Source: an archaeon (GTDB lineage Archaea; Iainarchaeota; Iainarchaeia; Iainarchaeales; 1-14-0-10-31-34). Taken from it: a DNA stretch of 32,000 nucleotides. This document shows, in pieces, positions 8,098 through 18,293 of the stretch. The notes beneath the pieces are model-generated. The model had not been told where the DNA came from. It did not search any database and saw only the letters and a list, made by a program, of their open reading frames with translations. Numbering within the stretch: the stretch's first letter is position 1; each line of letters begins with the position of its first letter. A program made the position numbers and the translations under genes. Location: contig JAJRVL010000002.1 of assembly GCA_024277355.1 (NCBI GenBank), forward strand, positions 72,434-104,433, read 5' to 3'.

Positions 8098-9195
8098 ATG
8101 AATGTTAATTCTTTGATTAATGATGCAGTAACTAAAATTAAAGGCAATGAAGGAAAGAAAAAAAACATTGCAGGAAAATTAACTGCAGTAAAAAAAACAA
8201 ATTTAAGTGAATTTAATTCAAAAGAATTATTTGAAGAAAACTTTTTTTTTGAAATTTCTCCTGCTGAATTAAACAATAAAATTGCCGGAACTGATTCAGG
8301 GTTTGTTGGAAAAAGAATGCATTCAGTTGATATTGTTTTAATTAAAACAGTTTCAGCAGTTTTTTCTTATCAAAAAAACAAATTAACTAAAGCAGAATAT
8401 TTTCCTTCTCCTACTGCTTTTCCTAAACCTTTTATTTCTTCTAATACTCTGGAAAATGATGAATTTCAGTCTAATCAGTCTTTAATGAGGTTAAAAGAAG
8501 AAATTTCTAATTCAATAGAAGTAATAGAAAAATTTAAGCCTGATTATTGTTTTTTGGATGGAAGTATTATTCCGCAGTATGCTGAAACAAAAAAAGATTC
8601 ACAGTTGTATTCAAATTATTCTAATTTAATTAAATTATTTCAAGAATTATATGAAACTGCAGAGCAAAACAAATGTAATTTAATTGCTACTGTGGAAGAT
8701 TCAAGGGGTTCAAGATTCAGGAGTATTTTGCAGAAAGAAATCTTAGAAAAAAATAAGTTAATTGAGTCAGATGCATTAAATTCTTTTTTTGATTCAAGTT
8801 TACTTGATTATTTGCTTTCAAAAAATGAAAGAAGTTTTTGTTTTAATTACACGTCATCCATAAAAGAGCATCCGATTTTAAAGGATTTTAATGAAAAATG
8901 GGCTTCAAGAATAAAAACTTTTTATTTAAAGCCTTCAATGCTTGACAGGCCTTTAAGAATTGAATTTCTTCATAACGGAAAAAATTTAACTGAATACTGT
9001 AATGAAATTGCTTCTGTTGTTTTGTCTTTGTCTTCTTTGCATAAAGAATATGCTTATCCTTCTGTTTTAATTGAAGCAGATTTAAGGGCAAGATTAAAAC
9101 CAAATGAAGTGGAAATTTTGTTTAATAAAATTCAGGATAAATTAGGAAGAGAAAATGCTTTTTTGGCTTTAAGGAGAAATTCAAGGCCGTTTTGA
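8098..9195 (+). CDS. nurA: NurA 5'-3' nuclease
   Basis: IAGTDSGFVGKRM; CFLDGSIIPQYAE; LIATVEDSRGSRF; C-terminal YAYPSVLIEADLRARL: NurA family pattern. Confidence 0.88.
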   Translation: MNVNSLINDAVTKIKGNEGKKKNIAGKLTAVKKTNLSEFNSKELFEENFFFEISPAELNNKIAGTDSGFVGKRMHSVDIVLIKTVSAVFSYQKNKLTKAEYFPSPTAFPKPFISSNTLENDEFQSNQSLMRLKEEISNSIEVIEKFKPDYCFLDGSIIPQYAETKKDSQLYSNYSNLIKLFQELYETAEQNKCNLIATVEDSRGSRFRSILQKEILEKNKLIESDALNSFFDSSLLDYLLSKNERSFCFNYTSSIKEHPILKDFNEKWASRIKTFYLKPSMLDRPLRIEFLHNGKNLTEYCNEIASVVLSLSSLHKEYAYPSVLIEADLRARLKPNEVEILFNKIQDKLGRENAFLALRRNSRPF

Positions 9196-9244
9196 TGAAA
9201 GGATTAATATTATTTTTCTTTCTTCTTTTTTTTAGTGAATTAAG

Positions 9245-9916
9245 ATGGAAAAATTAAAAGTTAAAGCAGTTTTTTTTGATTTATGGAATACTTTGGCTTT
9301 TACTGATTCAAAAAAAGATTTATTCAGAGAAATGCAGGTTCGTTTTGGTTTAAATGAAATAACTCATTCTCAGTTTTTGCAGGGATGTGAAAGAGCAATA
9401 ATGTTAGAGGAATTTGAAACTTTAGAGCATTTATATTCAAAGTTGCTGAATTATTTTTCTGTTCCTTCAGGAGAAATTATGTTAGGGGACTTGGATTTTT
9501 TATGGAATTATACTTTAAAGAAAAACAAGTTTTATCCTGAAACAAAAAAAGTTTTAACTAAAACAAAAAAACATTTTAAGACTGCTTTAATTTCTAATTG
9601 CGAGAATTTTGGAGTTAAAGGGTTGTCTAATGGATTTGATTTTAAGGATTATTTTGATGAAATAATTCTGTCTTGTGATGTAAATTTATTAAAACCTAAT
9701 TCAAAAATTTTTCAGGTTCCTTTAAAAAAACTTAAAGTTAAACCTGAACAGGCAGTAATGATTGGTGATTCAATTCGAACTGACATGAAAGGCGCAAAAA
9801 GATCAGGATTAAAAACAATTTTAATTGACAGAAAACAAAGATTTAAAGGAAAAAAATTAGAGGTTGATGCTGTTATTTCTTCTTTAAATGAATTAGAAAA
9901 AGTAATTGAATTTTAA
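9245..9916 (+). CDS. HAD-superfamily hydrolase
   Basis: VFFDLWNTLAFTDS (motif I), ALISNCENFG (II), KP...AVMIGDSIRTDMKGAKRSG (III/IV). Confidence 0.92.
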   Translation: MEKLKVKAVFFDLWNTLAFTDSKKDLFREMQVRFGLNEITHSQFLQGCERAIMLEEFETLEHLYSKLLNYFSVPSGEIMLGDLDFLWNYTLKKNKFYPETKKVLTKTKKHFKTALISNCENFGVKGLSNGFDFKDYFDEIILSCDVNLLKPNSKIFQVPLKKLKVKPEQAVMIGDSIRTDMKGAKRSGLKTILIDRKQRFKGKKLEVDAVISSLNELEKVIEF

Positions 9917-9921
9917 TGAAT

Positions 9922-10572
9922 TTAATAAGAAGAATCTCTGGTTTCTCTTATAATCCAATCAACTGCCTTAAATCCGGTTAATTGCTGTCTTTCTCTTTTG
10001 CTTCCTAATGAAAAAGTTTTTGCGTCATGTTTGAATTCTGCTGCAATTTTTTTCCATATGTCTCTTGTAGAAAGCTTGTTGTTTTTTGTTAATTCAATTA
10101 TTCTGTTTTCAATCAGGTTATTTCTTATTTTTGTTTTTCCTTTAGCTGAAGTTATTTTTGGAATAGTTGTTTTAGGAGTGCTTATTGTAATTGAATTAGT
10201 GTTATATTCTTTTGCTTTAACTAAACCTGTTTCGTTTGCAATTCTTCTTAATGAAGCATAACTCATTCCATCAATTTTTTTTGAAACAGCAACTAAATTA
10301 AGTTTTCCTTTTTTTGATTCAATCCATAAAACATTAACTGCATTAACAATGTTTTCCGGAGAAATAATTTTAGCGTTTTTAACTGAATTTTTTGAATTAC
10401 TTTTTATTAATTCAAATGTTTTTAATTTAATTCTCCTTGGAATTGTTTTATTAAATGATCTAAAAAATTTAGGCAGAACATTTCGCCCCAAAACAACTTT
10501 TCTCGGTTTAAGCATTTTTTGTGTTCTTGCATTTCTTCTTCTTACAGTTAAATGAGCTCGATTTTTATTCAT
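9922..10572 (-). CDS. Basic HTH-like protein, paralog 3
   Basis: 216 aa, R/K rich; weakly similar core (VLPKFFRSFNKTIP...PENIVNAVNVLW...LVAVSKKIDGMSYASLRRI). Confidence 0.65.
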   Translation of the reverse strand: MNKNRAHLTVRRRNARTQKMLKPRKVVLGRNVLPKFFRSFNKTIPRRIKLKTFELIKSNSKNSVKNAKIISPENIVNAVNVLWIESKKGKLNLVAVSKKIDGMSYASLRRIANETGLVKAKEYNTNSITISTPKTTIPKITSAKGKTKIRNNLIENRIIELTKNNKLSTRDIWKKIAAEFKHDAKTFSLGSKRERQQLTGFKAVDWIIRETRDSSY

Positions 10573-10597
10573 AATTTATTTTGTTTTTTAAAGTTTA

Positions 10598-10615
10598 TAA
10601 ATTTCACTGGCGTTT
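10598..10615. promoter_or_regulatory. Candidate shared bidirectional promoter/operator element, copy B
   Basis: TAAATTTCACTGGCGTTT, identical to 8038-8055. Minus-strand TTTATAAA box adjacent; plus-strand ACCTTTAAATAA box about 25 nt before ATG 10659. Confidence 0.6.
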
Positions 10616-10658
10616 TACACTGAAAACCTTTAAATAACTTATAATCATTTTTTTGTTT

Positions 10659-12194
<1,536 letters not shown>

Positions 12195-12219
12195 TAATTA
12201 AAAAAAACACTAATTTTTT

Positions 12220-12801
12220 ATGCTAAGAAAACTTTGGAGAAAAACCCGAAAACCTTTTGTTAAAACTGTTCAGGGATTAAAAAAAGTTGAAGGTGGAAAA
12301 GAAAGAAGAAAAAAGTTAGCTGATTCTTTAAAACATGCAAGAAAAATAGATAAATGTATTAAAATTTCAAGATGGGGTCGTTTTGGAGAATCTTTTTTAG
12401 AACGTGATAAAAAAATTCTTCTTTCAAGAATTAATAATTTGCTTAATCGTGAAAAACAAGTTAAGGTAGTTAAAATTTTAGATTTAGGTTCTGGTTCAGG
12501 CGTTTATTGGGATAAACTTGTACAGGGAAACCCCAGACTTAAGAGGAAACTTAAAGTTGTTTGTATTAACCCTACAAGAACTCTTTTCAGAGAAACTGAA
12601 GTAAAAAGTCTTGTTTTAGGAAATCTTTTAACAATGAATAAAGCAAGATTTAAAAAATTTCTAAAAGAAAAAGGAAAATTTAATTTGGTTATTTCTTCTG
12701 CAGGCTCTTATCATTACAGTTTTGAAAAAGAATTATTTGATAGAAGAATAATGGATGTTTTAATTGAAAAAAAAGAATCTAATTTTTTGCTTTTAACTTA
12801 A
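12220..12801 (+). CDS. SAM-dependent methyltransferase-like protein
   Basis: VKILDLGSGSGVYWDKLV motif I; NLVISSAGSYHY. Confidence 0.65.
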   Translation: MLRKLWRKTRKPFVKTVQGLKKVEGGKERRKKLADSLKHARKIDKCIKISRWGRFGESFLERDKKILLSRINNLLNREKQVKVVKILDLGSGSGVYWDKLVQGNPRLKRKLKVVCINPTRTLFRETEVKSLVLGNLLTMNKARFKKFLKEKGKFNLVISSAGSYHYSFEKELFDRRIMDVLIEKKESNFLLLT

Positions 12802-13053
12802 TCAAAAACCTAATTTTTTTAGTTTTGCACTTGGATCATCATTAATATATTCTTCTAATGCTTTTTCTAATTCATCTTCTTTTTCAAAACTTAATCCTTT
12901 TTTTGTTTTACCGCTTAATTCTTCAATTCTTAATCTTACTGCATCTCTTACTGCTTCAGTCCTTGAAGCATAAAAACCATTTTTAACTAATTTGTCAATT
13001 TTTTCAATGTCTTTTTTTGAAAAATTAATTAACACAGAAATTTTTGAATTCAT
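12802..13053 (-). CDS. Ribbon-helix-helix (CopG-type) regulator
   Basis: ISVLINFSKKDIEKIDKLVKNGFYASRTEAVRDAVRLRIEEL; probable start MNSKISV at 13053 (track start 13068). Confidence 0.85.
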   Translation of the reverse strand: MNSKISVLINFSKKDIEKIDKLVKNGFYASRTEAVRDAVRLRIEELSGKTKKGLSFEKEDELEKALEEYINDDPSAKLKKLGF

Positions 13054-13190
13054 AATACTAAAACACAATTAAACTTAATAAATATATACTAAAATACATT
13101 ATTTATATATTATTTATATATTTGTTGCTTTCTTCACCGGCAGTCAGGAGTTGGGTTTTTGTTTTTAAAGAACTTAAATTTGTTTCTTGT

Positions 13191-14672
13191 ATGCCTTTAA
13201 CTTCCAATACCTTTTATTTATCCAATGCGGAATATGTTGAAAAAAAGAAAAGAGTTTCAGTTGAATTCTCTAACTTAAATGAAACAAGAAGAATTTCTTT
13301 TCCTTTTATTCCTTATATTATTCTTCATAAAAGTTTGCTGGACAAATCTTTTTTTGATTTCCTGAAAAAAAAGAAACTTAAAACCGAAAAAATAACTAAT
13401 GGCTTTAAAGTTTTTTCAAGTGATTTTTCTTTTTTAGAAAAAGTGAATTCTTTTTTTGAAAAAAAAGGGATTTTACTTCCTTCTGAAACACAGTTTTTGT
13501 TATTAAAGAACTGGAGTTTTTTTGATGGATTTGAATTAAATGAAAATAATGAATTTGAAAAAAAAGGTTTTATTGAATTCCCTGAATTAAAACCTGAGTT
13601 CAGCTATAATTCCTTAAAAGAAAATGTTTCTGAAATGCTTTCTTTTTCTGATACTTCCGGAAAAAACTTTTTAAATAAAATTATTCTTTCAAATGTTTTA
13701 TGTTTAAAGCTGAATTATCTTAATGTTTCTAAATCGTCAATGCTTGATTCTTTTATTGAATTAATTTTATTTAGAAATAATTTTGCTTTTAATAAATCAA
13801 AACCAAAATTTGATTCAGGTTTTATTAAAAAATATTCAGGGAAATTAAAGGAAATTGATTTTTCTTTTGTCTGGCCTGTTTTGTTTTCTTTTCCTTTTCA
13901 TAATTTAGGTTTTGATTCAGTTAATTGTTCCTGCTGTAAGCCGAAAGAATTTAATGAAAGAAATATTCTTCCTTCTTCTTTGATTGAAGTTAAATTCAAT
14001 GAAGATGCCATTTATTTTGAATCATCTAATACTGACTGGAGTTCTTTTTTCCATGAAAAGGCTTTAGGAAAAGAAAAAAGAATTAAAAGAATGAATGAAT
14101 GGCGTTTAAGAAACATTCCTTCAGGTCCTTTTTTCAGAAATGATGTTTTAAGAATTCCTTTAAATGATGCATTAAAACTAAAAGAAGAAGAAAAAATAGT
14201 TTTCTTAAATGATCATAATTTAGTTTGGAGCTGTACTAAAAAAGAATGTTTTATTTCAAAAGAATTAACTGAATTAAACAAAAAAACAGTTTTGTTTGAT
14301 AAAAAAATAAATGAATTGGAATCCGGTTCAATTAAAGATAATGGAATTGCTTTTTCTTTGTTTCTGGAAAAAAATCCTGAATTTCATTTTTTCTCTGAAT
14401 ATAAAAATGTATTAAAAACAATTTTTTCTTCTGTTCCTTTTCATTTATCTTCTCATTCTTCTGCATTTTTTGATTTTGTTCTTTCAAATTCAATTAAATC
14501 TGTTTTTTCTTCGGTTTTAACTAAATTCAGGGAATTTTCAGTGTCTAATTCAAGTCCTTCTTTTATTACAAAAAAAGGTGTGTTAGTTGATTCTGATAAT
14601 CCTCTTGATTTGCTTACTGAATTCTCTAAAAACCAGAATATTCCTGTTCCAGAGCTTTCTATAAAGAATTAA
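13191..14672 (+). CDS. Large protein of unknown function
   Basis: Long ORF (track start TTG 13122). ATG 13191 (MPLTSNTFYLSN...) has a TTTTTAAAG TATA-like box about 25 nt upstream. No family recognised. Confidence 0.8.
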   Translation: MPLTSNTFYLSNAEYVEKKKRVSVEFSNLNETRRISFPFIPYIILHKSLLDKSFFDFLKKKKLKTEKITNGFKVFSSDFSFLEKVNSFFEKKGILLPSETQFLLLKNWSFFDGFELNENNEFEKKGFIEFPELKPEFSYNSLKENVSEMLSFSDTSGKNFLNKIILSNVLCLKLNYLNVSKSSMLDSFIELILFRNNFAFNKSKPKFDSGFIKKYSGKLKEIDFSFVWPVLFSFPFHNLGFDSVNCSCCKPKEFNERNILPSSLIEVKFNEDAIYFESSNTDWSSFFHEKALGKEKRIKRMNEWRLRNIPSGPFFRNDVLRIPLNDALKLKEEEKIVFLNDHNLVWSCTKKECFISKELTELNKKTVLFDKKINELESGSIKDNGIAFSLFLEKNPEFHFFSEYKNVLKTIFSSVPFHLSSHSSAFFDFVLSNSIKSVFSSVLTKFREFSVSNSSPSFITKKGVLVDSDNPLDLLTEFSKNQNIPVPELSIKN

Positions 14673-14768
14673 CCCTAAAAGGTTTGCTTTTTATTTGTTT
14701 TCCTGTACTTTTAAGTATAATTTAACCGATTTTTTCTGGTTTTTATTTGTTAATTAAAGTGATTTATT

Positions 14769-14975
14769 ATGCATGAATTTTTGACAAGATTTGAAACAAC
14801 AAGATTAATTAGTGCCAGGTCATTCCAGCTGGCTTTAGGTGCTCCTCCTTTAGTTAAAACAACTAAAGGAGAATCAATGCTGGATGTAGCAAAAAAGGAA
14901 TTAGAAAACAAGAAAATTCCATTAGCAGTTATAAGAAAATTTCCTTCAGGGGAAATAACTAAAGTTAATCCTTAG
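14769..14975 (+). CDS. rpoK: DNA-directed RNA polymerase subunit K (Rpo6/omega-like)
   Basis: LTRFETTRLISARSFQLALGAPPLV...MLDVAKKELENKKIPLAVIRKFPSGE: RpoK/Rpb6 motif. Confidence 0.93.
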   Translation: MHEFLTRFETTRLISARSFQLALGAPPLVKTTKGESMLDVAKKELENKKIPLAVIRKFPSGEITKVNP

Positions 14976-14983
14976 GTGATTTT

Positions 14984-15169
14984 ATGGGTAAATCTGTTCC
15001 AAAAGGCGTAAAAACTAAAGCTGAAATCTTAATGAAAGAAGATGATGGTTTTTCAAGAGATTTTGAAAAAAATAAGGAAATAATTAATTCTTTTGATCTT
15101 AGTTTTTCAAAGAAAATAAGAAACCTTATTGCAGGATATGTCAGCAGAAGAAAAGGCGTAAAAGAGTAA
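14984..15169 (+). CDS. rps17e: 30S ribosomal protein S17e
   Basis: MGKSVPKGVKTKAE...FSRDFEKNKEIINSFDLSFSKKIRNLIAGYVSRR matches the S17e pattern; GGTGAT Shine-Dalgarno-like sequence upstream. Confidence 0.88.
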   Translation: MGKSVPKGVKTKAEILMKEDDGFSRDFEKNKEIINSFDLSFSKKIRNLIAGYVSRRKGVKE

Positions 15170-17547
15170 TTAATTAATTGAATTTTCTTTTGGAATTGAA
15201 CTGCCTTCGTTTTCTTTGTCTCTTTCTATTTCATAATAACTTCCTGAAGCAGCTTTTTCCATTTCAGAATCATGAGTTATTATAAAAATCTGGTCAACTA
15301 AAGAAGGAAGATGTTCTTTCATCATTTTACTTAATTTTGCTGTTGCATTTTTATCTAAATTATGTGTTGGTTCATCTAAAATTAACCAGCTTAAATTCTG
15401 AGTTAATACAAGAGAAAAAGCAACTCTGATGCAGATTGCTGCAGCACTTCTTTCTCCTCCTGAAAGAATTCCTTCAACCCTGATCCATTTTCCATTTTTT
15501 TCTTTTACTTTTATTTCGTAATTTCCTTCTTCTATTTCCATTTTAGCTGAAGTAAAATCGCCGTAAGGATAAATTTTATTCCATACGTCATCCATTGCTT
15601 CATTTATTGTGTCAATCATTTCTTTTCTTAATTCTGCCTGAGTTGCATTTAAGGCATTGTTAAATAATGCTAATTCAGATAAAATTTTTTCATGTAATTC
15701 AGTTTCTTTTTTTAATTCATTAATTCTGTTTTCTTCTTTTTCTATTTTTTCAATGTTTAATTTAATGCTTTCAATTAATTCAGCAGTATTTTTGATTTCT
15801 TTTTCAGAGAATTCAACTGAAGATTTAACTGAATAAACAATTTCTTTTTTTTTGCTGAAAGCATTTTCTATATAGCCAAGTGTTTCTTTTTTTTCTGTTA
15901 ATTCTGATAACTCTTTTTTCCAGTTTTTGGATTTAAAAAATTCTTTTATTAATTCAATTTCCTGTTCAATTTTTTTTATTTCGTTTTCTTTTGTTTGTAT
16001 TTTTTCTTCGTTTACTTCTTTTTCCAGTTTTTCTTTTAATAAATTGCTTTCATTCAATTTTTCTTTTATTAATTCAATTTGTTTTTGTGTTTCTTTTATT
16101 TCATTTAATCTTTCTGTTAAACCTTTAATTTTGTTTTTTTCTTCTTCAAGTGAAAAAACTTTGTTTTCTAATATTGTTTTGGTTTTTTTTATTTCTTTGA
16201 TTTCCAGCATGGTTTTTCTTTCATCTTCTGTTAAACCTTTGTTTATTATTCCTATTTTTTCTTCTTCTTTTTCATAAGAGTTAATTAATTCAATTTTTTT
16301 TTCCTGACTTAATTTTGTTGAACAAACAGGACAGTCTGATTCTGATTTAGTTAATTTTTTTATGTTTTCTTCTAATTCAGCAACTCTTTTTTCGTTAACT
16401 AAAATTCCGTTTTTTGTTTCAAAAACTTCTTTTTCAAGTTCTTCAATTCTTTTTTCTTTTGCTTTTTTTTCTTCCTGTATTTCTTTTATTTTTTTTTCTG
16501 TTTCTTCTTGTTTTTCTTTTATTTTTTCTTCTGAGTTAATTCCTGAAAGAAGTTCGGTTTTTCGGTTTTTTTCTTTTTCAAGAAATTCTTTTTTTTCGTT
16601 TTCTGCTTTTATTCCTGCTTTAATTGCAGAAAGTTCTCTTAATTTTGTTTCTATTTCGTTTTTTTCTTTTTTTAATTCAATTAATTTATTTTCTTCGTTT
16701 TCTGGTTCTTTGTTTTCAATGTCTTTTCCTTTTATTTTTTTTTCTGTTTCTGATATTTTTGTTTCAAGTTTAATTTCTTTTTCTTTTATTTCTTTGAATT
16801 CTTTTTCTTTTTTTTCCAGTATTTCTAATTCAGTTGCGTGTTGTTTTAATTCGTTTTTTTCTTTCTCTATTTTTTCCTGTGTTTCTTTTAGTTGTTTTTC
16901 TTTTTCTTCTTTTTTTGGTTTAATTCTTTTAATGCTTTATCATCAAATGAATCAGAATGTTTTTTGATTAAGTCTTTTTTGTCTTCATTTATTTTTTTTA
17001 TTCTGTTTATTACTGAAATATTTGTTTTTCTTGCGTTTTCGTATTTGTCTAACTCTAAAATTTCATCAAACTTTTTTTTTCTTTGCATTGGACTTAATTT
17101 TAAAAAAAAGTCAATTTGGTTTTGTTCTGAATAAACAGCTCTTGAAAATAAATCGTAATTCATTTCAAGTATTTCTTCTATTTTTTCGTTTACGTCGTTT
17201 GGTTTTGGTCCTGCAATTAATTTTCCTTCTTCTAATATTTTTGCCTGATTAGAGTTTTTTCCTGCAAAAACTGTTCTTTTAATTAAATAATTTTTGTTGT
17301 TGTAGTCAAATTCTAATTCAACTTTTGATTCATCCATTTGATTAGGTTTATTCATTATTATTTCATTTAAGCTTACGGATTTAGAATTTAATGCAGGATA
17401 AGTGCCGAATAAAGCATAACACATGGCTTCAATTACTGTGCTTTTTCCTGCTCCAATTATTCCGGTTAATACATTAGTTCCTTTATTAAACTGAAATTCT
17501 GTTTCTTTATGGCTTTTCCAGTTAAACAATTTTACTTTTTTAATCAT
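15170..17547 (-). CDS. rad50: Rad50 SMC-like ATPase, interrupted by one -1 shift near 16909-16915
   Basis: N-terminal part 16888-17547 (FNKGTNVLTGIIGAGKSTVIEAMCYALFG). C-terminal part from about 16909 down to 15170 with zinc hook CPVC (16322-16333) and LSGGERSAAAICIRVAFSLVLTQNLSWLILDEPTHNLD. I checked codon by codon that the second frame is open across the gap between the two track ORFs. Confidence 0.93.
16909..16915 (-). other. In-frame A_AAA_AAG heptamer at the rad50 frame break
   Basis: Minus strand reads ..AAC CAA AAA AAG AAG..; a -1 shift gives NQKK|EEKEKQLKETQEK and continues in the Rad50 frame. Confidence 0.6.
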
Positions 17548-17611
17548 CTGTTTTATTTGTATTTAGAGCTTTTTAAAAAAATAACCAGCAGCAACAAATA
17601 ATTATGTAGAA

Positions 17612-17881
17612 TTAAAGTAGATTCATTCCAATATTTTCAAATGAACTTATTCCTGAAATTTCTTTTATTGCTTTTTCTATTTCTTCTGTTATTCCGTCAT
17701 TTCCTTTTGCTTCAACTAATAAAGCAAATTCTATTGCTTCTAATCCAAACGCAATTGGTTTTCTTTGAATGTCTTTTAATTCTCCAAATAAAGGCATTTT
17801 TTCTTTTAGTGTTTGTTCTACTTTATCTGTTTCTTCAATTCCTTCAGGTGAAACCCTGTAAATTAATACCATTTTGCCCAT
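17612..17881 (-). CDS. ef1b: Translation elongation factor 1-beta (archaeal)
   Basis: MVLIYRVSPEG...KDIQRKPIAFGLEAIEFALLVEAKGNDGITEEIEKAIKEISGISSFENIGMNLL. Confidence 0.9.
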   Translation of the reverse strand: MGKMVLIYRVSPEGIEETDKVEQTLKEKMPLFGELKDIQRKPIAFGLEAIEFALLVEAKGNDGITEEIEKAIKEISGISSFENIGMNLL

Positions 17882-17891
17882 TTTTTATCAC

Positions 17892-18047
17892 TTAAGGCCC
17901 TATAAATCCACATTCAGTGCATTTGTATTCTTTTGTTGTTGTTTTACAGTTGTCGCATCTAATTATTTTTGTTTTACTGCATTTTGGACATTTGAATTCA
18001 GTGAAATCAAAATTCACTTCTTTATTGCATGAATTACATATTTTCAT
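17892..18047 (-). CDS. Zinc-ribbon protein (HVO_2753-like), absent from ORF track
   Basis: Manual translation MKICNSCNKEVNFDFTEFKCPKCSKTKIIRCDNCKTTTKEYKCTECGFIGP*; four CxxC pairs directly upstream of aEF-1beta. Confidence 0.85.
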   Translation of the reverse strand: MKICNSCNKEVNFDFTEFKCPKCSKTKIIRCDNCKTTTKEYKCTECGFIGP

Positions 18048-18165
18048 TTACAATCCCTCTTTAATAATCTTTTTTGAAAAAAGTTTAATCAAAAAACGCT
18101 GACTTTATGTTTAAATATAATCAGTTACTCAATTATTTCTGTAGTATTAAATTTAAAAGCTTTTA

Positions 18166-18239
18166 GGGCTCGTGGCGCAACTGGATAGCGCAGTCCGCTT
18201 CGGACGGACAGGCTGGGGGTTCGACTCCCTCCGAGCTCA
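18166..18239 (+). tRNA. tRNA-Arg (anticodon TCG), no intron, CCA not encoded
   Basis: GGGCTCG/CGAGCTC acceptor, GCGC..GCGC D stem, GTCCG-CTTCGGA-CGGAC anticodon arm, GGGGG-TTCGACT-CCCTC T arm, discriminator A; ATTAAATTTAAAA promoter just upstream. Confidence 0.95.
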
Positions 18240-18293
18240 TTTGTGGTTTTGTCTGCGAGACAATGTACTGCTTTCAGCTGAGTTGTGTTAATT

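Noticed and set aside
12802-13053. RHH gene considered as half of a toxin-antitoxin module
   Set aside because: No toxin-sized ORF adjacent on the same strand. The upstream neighbour is the divergent 493-aa orphan and the downstream gene is convergent. It is better called a stand-alone regulator.
13069-13130. Very AT-rich TATATAT spacer considered as a replication origin or repeat array
   Set aside because: Short, no iterated motif or Orc/Cdc6 gene nearby; consistent with ordinary promoter DNA in this genome.
16362-16967. + strand 201-aa ORF rich in F and S
   Set aside because: Antisense shadow of the Rad50 coiled-coil gene. Lysine/glutamate-rich coding on the minus strand creates stop-free FFFSS frames.
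15927-17252. + strand ORFs at 15927-16277, 16892-17134 and 17022-17252
   Set aside because: Antisense to rad50 with Phe/Ser/Leu-biased translations; not real genes.
18240-18293. Post-tRNA segment considered as a C/D-box sRNA or an integration attachment site
   Set aside because: No RUGAUGA C box in either orientation, no integrase gene and no second copy of the tRNA 3' end in the window.
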